Below, in pieces: positions 10,165-18,071 of a stretch of DNA of 64,000 nucleotides. A program made the translations under genes and the position numbers. The notes beneath the pieces were generated by a model. It did no database searches and was not told where the DNA came from. It was given only the letters and a program-made list of their open reading frames with translations. The stretch comes from Pseudomonadota bacterium (lineage in GTDB: Bacteria > Bdellovibrionota_B > Oligoflexia > Oligoflexales > RGVZ01): positions 1 through 64,000 of the forward strand of contig JBEGVZ010000006.1 in NCBI GenBank assembly GCA_041178085.1, read 5' to 3'. Numbering within the stretch: position 1 is the first letter of the stretch; every line of letters starts with the position of its first letter.

Positions 10165-11376
10165 TCAAAGACCCAGCTCAACTAAACCTTTTTGCCAGGG
10201 CAGATAATTTACCCCGTCTTGAATCCGTTCGTGAGGATCCAACGAGAGACAGAAGGATTCAGATTTGTCGAGAGATGGCGCCAGAGAACGCAAGTAACGC
10301 GTCTTGAACTCGTCGGTTCTTTGGCTGGATTTTATTTCAACCAGAGCCGTTGGCTGGCCCGGCCGGTCAATGACGAGATCAATTTCCCCGCCGTCTTTTG
10401 AAAGAAAGTAACTGAATTTGAAGTCCTTTTGATTGTAATCATTTAATCGGACCGCTTCCGATATGACTAGATGCTCAAATGCTGCTCCAAATATCGCGGT
10501 TGAGGGTACCAACTCCTGCCGTAAAGTTCTTTCGAGGGCGCGCTTGACGCCCGTATCAAAAAGAAAAAACTTGGGGCTGGATATTTGTCGCTTCCGCAGA
10601 GACCGATGATATGGCTCCAAATAGAAGCCGAGTAATGTGTCTTCCAAAATTTGAAAATATTTTTTGACTGTTTTTTCATGCGCATTCACATCGCGCGCAA
10701 TATTTGCAAAGTTGACGACCTTGCCGTTGCTCTGAGCAGCGATTTCCAGGAACTTTCGGAATGGATCCAAGTCTTGAATGAGATGCTCGGCCCACACTTC
10801 CTCGTTGAGATAAGTCAGGCCATAACTGGTCAGAAAATCCGCGCGTTCAGCATCATCGCTACAACTAAATATCTTCGGCAGGGCGCCGTAAGCCAAAATA
10901 CGATTAAGTTCAAAATCCTCGCCAAGCTCGCGGTGAGTCAAAGGGTAGAGGTTGCGCACAAATGCGCGTCCAGCCAACAGGTTTGCCCTGCCATGACGGA
11001 GCTTTCGTGCGCTGGATCCAGTGAGTGCAAACTTTGGCGGGACGAATTCCTGGGATTCGATGATTCGATGCACGGTATCCAAGAGCCGTGGATTTTTTTG
11101 AATCTCATCGATGACAACCCAATCAAATGATTTCCTCTGGTGGTCGCTCTTGGATGTTCCTATCCCACTGAGCAATCTGGATTTTGCTTTGCATTCCTCA
11201 TACAGCAGGTCAGGCGTCAGCGCATACCGATCCTCGATTCTCCGATCAAGCAGATCCAGCCACAAAAGATTGTCGCCAATGATTTGGTCGCGGAGTAGGG
11301 AGGTTTTTCCCGTTCCACGCGCCCCAAACAAGAAAAAACTGTTATTTTTCGGTATCTTACATGTTCTTTCAAACAT
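10165..11376 (-). CDS. AAA+ ATPase (AAA_14 + DUF4143 family)
   Basis: Walker A GARGTGKT, Walker B VVIDEIQK, LTGSSA, LAGRA, KFFLFDTG, FEHLV, C-terminal EIDLVI...VEIKS (PD-(D/E)xK-like). Confidence 0.92.
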   Translation of the reverse strand: MFERTCKIPKNNSFFLFGARGTGKTSLLRDQIIGDNLLWLDLLDRRIEDRYALTPDLLYEECKAKSRLLSGIGTSKSDHQRKSFDWVVIDEIQKNPRLLDTVHRIIESQEFVPPKFALTGSSARKLRHGRANLLAGRAFVRNLYPLTHRELGEDFELNRILAYGALPKIFSCSDDAERADFLTSYGLTYLNEEVWAEHLIQDLDPFRKFLEIAAQSNGKVVNFANIARDVNAHEKTVKKYFQILEDTLLGFYLEPYHRSLRKRQISSPKFFLFDTGVKRALERTLRQELVPSTAIFGAAFEHLVISEAVRLNDYNQKDFKFSYFLSKDGGEIDLVIDRPGQPTALVEIKSSQRTDEFKTRYLRSLAPSLDKSESFCLSLDPHERIQDGVNYLPWQKGLVELGL

Positions 11377-11431
11377 TCCGTCACTCCAGACCGGAAATGT
11401 CCGGCATATCCGTATTGTTGTGTGAGATATT

Positions 11432-11449
11432 ACATTTTGTCAAAAATGT
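11432..11449. promoter_or_regulatory. Inverted repeat overlapping a TTGACA -35 box upstream of the AAA+ gene
   Basis: ACATTTT-gtca-AAAATGT; the minus strand reads TTGACA within it; the matching -10 is weak. Confidence 0.35.
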
Positions 11450-11508
11450 TCGTGGGTTGCCCAAGCACTTCAAGAGCCGCACCGCGCACAGAGCGGTGCC
11501 ACCTTTGA

Positions 11509-11635
11509 ACCAGCTCTTCAAAAAGCGAGCAAGGCAAGGAAAGCCAGCCGGCGAGGAAGGAATTTACATTGTGGTAAATGACTGACGAGCCGGCGCAGGT
11601 TGACGCCGCATTGCGATGCTTTTTGAAGAACTGGT
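11509..11635. mobile_element. Palindromic MITE/REP-like element abutting the tRNA-Pro 3' end
   Basis: 18-bp terminal inverted repeats with 1 mismatch (ACCAGCTCTTCAAAAAGC 11509-11526 / GCTTTTTGAAGAACTGGT 11618-11635); central ATTTAC-n6-GTAAAT hairpin; motifs shared with 53747-53836. Confidence 0.55.
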
Positions 11636-11707
11636 CGGGGTGACAGGATTCGAACCTGCGACCTCATGGTCCCAAACCACGCGCGCTACCAACTGCGCTA
11701 CACCCCG
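11632..11707 (-). tRNA. tRNA-Pro (TGG)
   Basis: Reverse complement CGGGGTG...anticodon loop TTTGGGA...GGTTCGAATCC...CACCCCG-ACCA; full cloverleaf, 76 nt. Confidence 0.97.
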
Positions 11708-11731
11708 ATGCGGAGAAACAGAGAGAAAGAG

Positions 11732-11808
11732 TGGGGTGGCTGATGGGGATCGAACCCACGTATGTCGGAATCACAATCCGATGCGTTAACCACTTCGCCA
11801 CAGCCACC
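11732..11808 (-). tRNA. tRNA-His (GTG)
   Basis: Reverse complement G(-1)-GTGGCTG...TCGGA-TTGTGAT-TCCGA...GGTTCGATCCC...CAGCCAC-C-CCA; encoded G-1 and C discriminator typical of His. Confidence 0.97.
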
Positions 11809-11833
11809 ACAGGGAACACGAAGAGTGCGGCGT

Positions 11834-11861
11834 ACCTTATTAAATTGGCTGATTCTGTCCA
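11834..11861 (-). promoter_or_regulatory. Sigma70-type promoter for tRNA-His/Pro
   Basis: TGGACA-16 nt-TAAGGT followed by GC-rich ACGCCGC discriminator, with an upstream A-tract. Confidence 0.55.
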
Positions 11862-11881
11862 CAGCTTTTTTCAGTGACCCA

Positions 11882-14596
11882 TCACTCAAAGGGGCGCAAG
11901 GCACCGTTTTCATAATTGAATTTGAGCGTCTGACGCTCTGTCCATGCGGCACCAGCGGGAGCCAGGGCGATGGTGAGCGACAGGGGTCCGCCATACGACA
12001 CCAGACGGTCGTAGACCGGCCCGGCAAATGGGCTGTCCGCTCCGGTCAGCTGCAACACCACGGTACCCTTTGACGCTTTGAGCGTAACCACCCGTTCCAC
12101 CAGCGACAAGTTGGTGAGTTGCAGCTTTCCTGCCTGGGCGAACTTGACGTAAAGGCGGGCGCTCCGGACACCGGTCAACTCATCGGACCTGACAACAACC
12201 TGTAATCCCTTTTGCCCCTCTTCCTCCATCCTGTTCAGCAACCTGATCCCGCGGATGGATGATTTACTGAGGTTCGGTCGCATGGACTGGGGCTGAAAAT
12301 CCTCAAGCTCGCGCTCTACTTTCGAGAACCGCTCCTCGACCGGAAACTTGGGTCCTGCAGTGAATACGCGGCCATCGTAGGTATCAAAGCTCCGTTTGAT
12401 CTCTTCAGACGCTTCCCCCCTTGCCTCGGCAAAAAGTTTTACCCGCCGGGGAACACGCTCCTTGATTGCGAGGTTCATCAAAGCACGGGCAAGAATGGGC
12501 GCATAATCGGAATCAAAAAGTTGGTAAAGCGCCTGGCGCTTCTCCATGGGAGTGCGACCGGTCGAATAAAGCTTCATCGCCTTGATCCCGCGATCGGCCT
12601 GGGCGATGGCATCGGCGGCAGGTGACTTGAAGTGCAGAATCCTCAGCGGAAAAGCGAGTGCTGCAGCCGCCCAGTCAAGGTCCCACCAGATATCCTTGCG
12701 ACGCGTGGGTGTTGCCCAAGTGGACTCCGGTAAGCCAAACGCGGTGGCAAACGCACGCCACTTCTCGTCATCAGGGCGCGCACAGATATAGTCCATCGTT
12801 GCGGAGTCAAAAACCATGGCTGCGGCTGCTGAAAAACGCCCGACGTGAACCGTCCGGGCGTTGGGATGCAGAGGACCTTCATTGAGTTGCTGGAAATAGG
12901 CTGTGCGAAATCGGTCGGAAACCTCGCGTGGATCACGCACCGGAAGATCCGGCAGTCCCTCAAATTCGAGCCCGGTGAATCGACCAAGCTTCTGGATGTA
13001 GGTCCGAAGGTCAACCACCGTTGTGTAGCGGTCCTCCAGGTCCATCAGGGCAGTGACACGCAGGGGTGCGGGTGAATCGACAAATTCAAAGCGGTAACCC
13101 GTGCCGGGCTTTCCAGGTTGATCCTCTAACTTGCGGACTTTGATTTTTGCATCAAAGCGCACGGAACTGTCTTCAGAACCAACCAGCATGTCCCAGTGCT
13201 GGTCCACCGAATCGTGGCGTGCTTCGAGCAGGTGATAGGTGTCACCGGATTCAGAGATAGCAACTTCAGACTGGTTTCTTTCCTGGTTCCAGACATCACG
13301 CATGGCTACAAGGTTGCGGTTATTCAAGAAGGACTCGCCCTGCTGCTGGATGTTCCTGCGAAAGTGGAAGGACACGCCAGATGAATGCGGCCCGGGGACA
13401 TGCTTCCTGCTCTTGCCTGATGCAGGCCTTGAATGCTGATCGGCCAAGGTGAAGTCACCAAGGACTGCCGCCTCGTAGGCTTCACGACCTGGACCGGTGC
13501 GCAAATCGAACTCGTAGACGCGATCCGTCCGGTCAGTCCATGCCAGCTCCCCGCGAAGATCCACGGGCGCAAAAACACCCGGAATTCCGCGATAGAAAGG
13601 AATGACGTTGGACAGGAGGTAAACCGTATTGCCGGCGAAGGCACGGACGTTGGCCCCTTTGCGTGAAAGGTTGACCACTCCGATCCAGGCGATGTGTTCC
13701 GATTTGCGAAGTACGTTGATGCGGTATTCGCCCCGGACAAAAATACCGATGGGCAGGTTGAATTTCAGGTCTTTCATGCGCTCAAGGGCTTTGCGGATGC
13801 TTTGGTCCTTGAGCCCCTCGAAATCAATAGACACGCCGACGCCACCAGAAAGGCCGTAGCTCCTGATGCTGTTGACCGGCATTTTGTAGAACGACTCCGA
13901 AGACGTCGGGATGCGGAATGGAGCCTCAAGCCGGCGCAATGGATCGTAAAGCTCGTTGGGGTCGAAGGATGGTGGCAACACCATGGCAAGCAGCGGAACA
14001 AGGCCAAACCAATTGTTCACCGCAACGCGCCAGAAAGGCAATTCATCCTTTTCAGCAATGCGAGCCGCGTCCGTTCGCAGGTAGATATCAAGCGCATCAA
14101 GGCCTGTGTCCGCCGAAGCGACCACGGGGATCCTCTGGACTTTATACAGTTCCCTCGCATAACGCGGACCAGCGGCGATCTTGTCGACCACCACAAAGGG
14201 ACCCTGCCGGGTTGAGTAAAGATCACGGGTCAGATCCAAGCCAATCCAGCTGTACTTCCCTGTGGGGAAACGGAACTCATTGTCCATGAGCCCATAAAAG
14301 ATGGTGTGCATGAGCGATTCAAGGGAGTGGTTGAGGGCATCCGTCCCAGATGCAAGTCCGCTTGCAAGGACCGAATTCTTCAGCAGCGCTTCGACCGAAA
14401 AAGCCCTCGCCTTGTCGAATTCGTCGCTCGAGGAATCCTCCTTCTTGACTGGCTTGTCGTACTCCACTTCGATCGAATTACGCGTGGACTTGGCTTTTTT
14501 TCCGGGCTCCGCAGCCATGACGGACGATGGCCCGGCAAAAGCCGCACAAATCAGCAGCGGAAAGAACCACCAGACTGAAACAGGCAGACTCCTCAC
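11882..14596 (-). CDS. Large exported hypothetical protein (904 aa)
   Basis: Long ORF with signal peptide (…LLICAAFAGPSSVMA); GTGA overlap with the upstream gene's stop. Confidence 0.8.
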   Translation of the reverse strand: MRSLPVSVWWFFPLLICAAFAGPSSVMAAEPGKKAKSTRNSIEVEYDKPVKKEDSSSDEFDKARAFSVEALLKNSVLASGLASGTDALNHSLESLMHTIFYGLMDNEFRFPTGKYSWIGLDLTRDLYSTRQGPFVVVDKIAAGPRYARELYKVQRIPVVASADTGLDALDIYLRTDAARIAEKDELPFWRVAVNNWFGLVPLLAMVLPPSFDPNELYDPLRRLEAPFRIPTSSESFYKMPVNSIRSYGLSGGVGVSIDFEGLKDQSIRKALERMKDLKFNLPIGIFVRGEYRINVLRKSEHIAWIGVVNLSRKGANVRAFAGNTVYLLSNVIPFYRGIPGVFAPVDLRGELAWTDRTDRVYEFDLRTGPGREAYEAAVLGDFTLADQHSRPASGKSRKHVPGPHSSGVSFHFRRNIQQQGESFLNNRNLVAMRDVWNQERNQSEVAISESGDTYHLLEARHDSVDQHWDMLVGSEDSSVRFDAKIKVRKLEDQPGKPGTGYRFEFVDSPAPLRVTALMDLEDRYTTVVDLRTYIQKLGRFTGLEFEGLPDLPVRDPREVSDRFRTAYFQQLNEGPLHPNARTVHVGRFSAAAAMVFDSATMDYICARPDDEKWRAFATAFGLPESTWATPTRRKDIWWDLDWAAAALAFPLRILHFKSPAADAIAQADRGIKAMKLYSTGRTPMEKRQALYQLFDSDYAPILARALMNLAIKERVPRRVKLFAEARGEASEEIKRSFDTYDGRVFTAGPKFPVEERFSKVERELEDFQPQSMRPNLSKSSIRGIRLLNRMEEEGQKGLQVVVRSDELTGVRSARLYVKFAQAGKLQLTNLSLVERVVTLKASKGTVVLQLTGADSPFAGPVYDRLVSYGGPLSLTIALAPAGAAWTERQTLKFNYENGALRPFE

Positions 14597-15636
14597 AGGG
14601 TCGCCTCCAGCCCGAAGGAAAGCACCGCCCTGCCCTCAACGGTTTTGTTGAGGGAACGGACGCCCCCCAGGGAGACTTTCACTGCAAGGTCCGGCTGGCC
14701 ATCAAGGGAACGGCCACGGACATTTCCGCCGACAAAAAAGTGACGGTAGCCAAATGCATAGCTGCGCGCACGAAGACGGTCATCGTCATACAGCAACCAC
14801 CAGCGCCGGTCTGAAGTCTGATAGGCAAAACGAAAAAGCCTGCGGAATCCAGCATCCAGCTGCTCATCCGATGCCGTCGAGCGCAGCATTTCGAAGTGGG
14901 TGAGATCACCGTTACGCAAAGCCGAGACAAAGCCAAAACCGTATCGCATCCGGTAAAGGTCATCTGCAGCCGAAATCACCACCTTGGCCCGTTCAAAGAA
15001 ACTCAAGTCATAGGAAAGACGCGCGCTGGTGCGCAAAGGCAGTTTGCGTACTTTGTCTTGCTCCATATTTTCGCCGGAGCCCTGCCCGGATACGCCAGCT
15101 TCGAACTGAAGGTCCATCAAGTTGTCGTAGGCGATCGCAGCCCCGCGTGCAGAAAATCCCCAGAAATCCCTGTCTTCGAACACTTGCCAGGGATCATCAG
15201 CCGGGCTTGCATCAACACCGAAGGGAAGACGCTGATTGCCCAGAGATGCGCGAAAGCGGTGCAGCGCAGGATTACCAAGCCGGATCACTGCATGATCAAC
15301 CCGTTTGTCAAAGGACTCCGGCATCAAACCCCACGAAGGGGCGTCCTTGTCAAAACCGCTGGTGGCGCGCGCCTGACCTTTGATCTGCACCGCAATCCAA
15401 GGGGAGAAATGAAGGCTCAAGGAACCGGCCGCCGTATTGACCTTGAGGGGCGACTCCCCGGACCCGGGAAGCGCAACGAGGTCTGACGCCGCACGTAAGC
15501 GCATACAGCCAACGCCGTAAAGAGCGTTGCTGGATGGTCCGCTCCCCTCGGGCAACTGGCAAAGTCCCATGGCGATACCAAGCATGGATCCGCCCATTTT
15601 TTGTCCCAGGCCTGCCGCCCCCCATTCAATCATCAT
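14593..15636 (-). CDS. Putative outer-membrane beta-barrel/porin-like protein
   Basis: Start reassigned to the ATGATG overlapping the upstream stop. GNQRLPFG resembles the GQFKxPF motif of OprO/P-like porins; alternating beta-strands; ends LSFGLEATL. Signal peptide atypical. Confidence 0.5.
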   Translation of the reverse strand: MMIEWGAAGLGQKMGGSMLGIAMGLCQLPEGSGPSSNALYGVGCMRLRAASDLVALPGSGESPLKVNTAAGSLSLHFSPWIAVQIKGQARATSGFDKDAPSWGLMPESFDKRVDHAVIRLGNPALHRFRASLGNQRLPFGVDASPADDPWQVFEDRDFWGFSARGAAIAYDNLMDLQFEAGVSGQGSGENMEQDKVRKLPLRTSARLSYDLSFFERAKVVISAADDLYRMRYGFGFVSALRNGDLTHFEMLRSTASDEQLDAGFRRLFRFAYQTSDRRWWLLYDDDRLRARSYAFGYRHFFVGGNVRGRSLDGQPDLAVKVSLGGVRSLNKTVEGRAVLSFGLEATL

Positions 15637-18070
15637 GGAGGTAGCCCCAGTCGCGCAAAACCTGGTCGAACATCGGATTACCGCTGACGATTCGCCGGAC
15701 TTCGCCATCATTGACCAGCACACGACGCACATAGGCGTTGGGTGTGCTGCGCGCTGCAAGCAACGCATCTTCGCCGCCAGGTTCACGCGGCAACCTCTGC
15801 CACTGCGAAGCGGGCAGGGGCAATCGCAATGACGCACCCGATATTTTCACGGCCTTCCCGCCGACCTTGACGGCAAGGTCGCTTGCGCGCACGCCGGCAG
15901 GAACAGGAATGACGACGCGCTTGCTTCCACTGCCGTGAAATCCCAGCGCCGGAACCTCAACGGGTTCTCCACCAGGCGCCTCGACCACCAGTTCAAAGGC
16001 TGTATTAACCTGGTAAAAGCGGTCATATTCGCGCCGCGCCCGCATCAACAGCGTTGTGTCCCGCCCAGCCAGATTGAGGGATTCCTGCGGATCAGCATCC
16101 AGGTCAAAGAGCTGCTCCCTTGCAAAAAACTCATGCCGCGTGACGGACCACCCTGAAGGCGGTACCAGCTTTTTGCTGACCGGCTCGTGAGCTCGGATGT
16201 ACTTGTAGCGACCATCGAATACGACTCCACGCTGCTGGTAACCCTCTAACCCGAAAGGTCGAGGGAGCGGCGGTCCATCCTTGGAATTGCCTGGCATGAC
16301 ACGCGATAAAAGGGTGTTCCCAGCAGCCCTCGCTGCGGCGCTGCATGACGTGCCCGATGAAATATTCGCCCCGGAAGCAGATGCCATGTCAATCATTGCC
16401 GGTCCGACACCCAGCGTGGAAACGTGTGTGTGGTGGCGCGACGGAATGACCCCGGGTCCGCGCCAGATCAGCGGGACGTTGATCTCGTCATCGAGCAAGG
16501 TAGCACCGTGGTCAAAAAATGCTCCGCTTGCGACCGGTCCAGCCTCATTGCCCGAAAACCTGCGCGTCACATGCTGGTCACCGTGGTCACCCGTCAGTAT
16601 GACGTGCGTATTGGCGGCAATCCCGGCGGCTTCAAGCTCCTTCAAAATCCCGTCAAAGGTCCGCGCGGCATAACGCACCTCTCCGGCGTAAAGCCAGCGC
16701 AGCGCATCACCCAGCGACTGCACCCGCGAAAACCCGGGCCAGGTCGCAAAAACGTCCCTGAGCGGAGCCTTATAAGGTGCATGGGGCGCGTTAAGGTGGA
16801 CATAAAGGAAGAATGGCTTTCCCTTCTGCTCCTGGATCCACTTGCGAGCCACCAGGCCGGCAAGGGCTGTCTCGTAGCCTTCAACTTCAAGCGAAATATT
16901 TTCCTGAAAGCCATGATCGACGCCAACGCCGATCACCTCACTGACCACAGAAATATTGCCGATCATCGCGGTCTTGTAACCGGCCGCAGTGAACTTCGCG
17001 GGAAAGGAATCGGCCCTGGTCCGGTAGTATTGCTGGCGGGAATCCTCGCTGACTGCGTAGGCAAAGGCGATCGACTTCAATTCAGTCGGCGTGCGACATC
17101 CAAGGAATGCGTTGGTCGAAGGGCTGGTCATGTTGCCGGGCGAAAGACCCCGGACGAAGGATGCCGAACGCGCGACAAAAGAAGAAAACGACACAGGGGC
17201 GTCGCCTGCATGCACGGCATCTGCACGCAGGGTATCGATCACCACCACCACGAAGTTAGGGATATCCGGCTGGGGTGCTGATTCCTTGTCCGGCTGATTT
17301 GCATCGGGCAAAAATTCAATGTCTGAAAAAACGCAAGGGACCGCCGAATCACAACGCAAAGTCCATTCGATTCGCTTCGCTGGATCCTCTGCACTGCCCT
17401 GCCAGGGCAACGTGAAGTCCAACCACCGGCGCCCAGTCAGGGACGACAGCGCTGATGCTGGACGAATAAACTGGAACATCCACTTTGAGAGACGCCCAGA
17501 CAACGAAGGCGCCCTTAAATCCAGCCATCGAAACAAACGGTGGGACATACGGACCGGGCTCCCCGTCACAGCGGACCAGGTCTCGGCACTGCTGCTTGAT
17601 CCCCACACTTCGCTGCCGTCAAGCACGGCGAGGCCGAATTGAATACGTCCGGGCACAGCGGGCATCCGGGCACTGACGGTACCTCCGGGCGGCACGAAAA
17701 CTCCATCACGCGCCTCGACCCGGCCGGGGTATGTCCCGATCGAAACGTTGATCTGCCACGGACGGGAAAAGCGAACGGATGAAGACGTGACACGCACATC
17801 TGCTGTGCGATAACGGCCTGCAAAATCTGCAATCTGATCGCGGTTCGATAATTGTCCGGCCGGGAAACTTGTCGGCAAGTTCCCCCGCATGACAGACTGC
17901 AGCAATCCTGACTGCCCGGGCAGGCCATGAGCCTCTACGGCGCTTGAGAGCTCTTCGGGAAGCCGCAAATCATTGGCGTGGAATGCGAGGACCGCCAGCA
18001 AGGCCACCAGCACAAAAGACATCACGAAAAAAATAAGCCGGACGATCCGTACGCGAGGACGCCTGCGCAT
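15626..18070 (-). CDS. Membrane-anchored sulfatase-like hydrolase/transferase (alkaline phosphatase superfamily)
   Basis: VVIDTLRAD, NMTSPST (Thr at the nucleophile position), HAPY, GDHGD, DHG, C-terminal LRDWGYL; N-terminal TM; ATG 18070 directly follows the upstream stop. Confidence 0.85.
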   Translation of the reverse strand: MRRRPRVRIVRLIFFVMSFVLVALLAVLAFHANDLRLPEELSSAVEAHGLPGQSGLLQSVMRGNLPTSFPAGQLSNRDQIADFAGRYRTADVRVTSSSVRFSRPWQINVSIGTYPGRVEARDGVFVPPGGTVSARMPAVPGRIQFGLAVLDGSEVWGSSSSAETWSAVTGSPVRMSHRLFRWLDLRAPSLSGRLSKWMFQFIRPASALSSLTGRRWLDFTLPWQGSAEDPAKRIEWTLRCDSAVPCVFSDIEFLPDANQPDKESAPQPDIPNFVVVVIDTLRADAVHAGDAPVSFSSFVARSASFVRGLSPGNMTSPSTNAFLGCRTPTELKSIAFAYAVSEDSRQQYYRTRADSFPAKFTAAGYKTAMIGNISVVSEVIGVGVDHGFQENISLEVEGYETALAGLVARKWIQEQKGKPFFLYVHLNAPHAPYKAPLRDVFATWPGFSRVQSLGDALRWLYAGEVRYAARTFDGILKELEAAGIAANTHVILTGDHGDQHVTRRFSGNEAGPVASGAFFDHGATLLDDEINVPLIWRGPGVIPSRHHTHVSTLGVGPAMIDMASASGANISSGTSCSAAARAAGNTLLSRVMPGNSKDGPPLPRPFGLEGYQQRGVVFDGRYKYIRAHEPVSKKLVPPSGWSVTRHEFFAREQLFDLDADPQESLNLAGRDTTLLMRARREYDRFYQVNTAFELVVEAPGGEPVEVPALGFHGSGSKRVVIPVPAGVRASDLAVKVGGKAVKISGASLRLPLPASQWQRLPREPGGEDALLAARSTPNAYVRRVLVNDGEVRRIVSGNPMFDQVLRDWGYLHDD

Positions 18071-18071
18071 G

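Noticed and set aside
9700..11630. Diversity-generating retroelement acting on the lectin tip
   Set aside because: No reverse transcriptase, Avd or template-repeat copy of the 3' end is visible in the window.
11698..12073. ORFs overlapping tRNA-His/Pro (and 43484-43681, 44031-44228 over tRNA-Phe/Leu)
   Set aside because: They coincide with clear tRNA cloverleafs.
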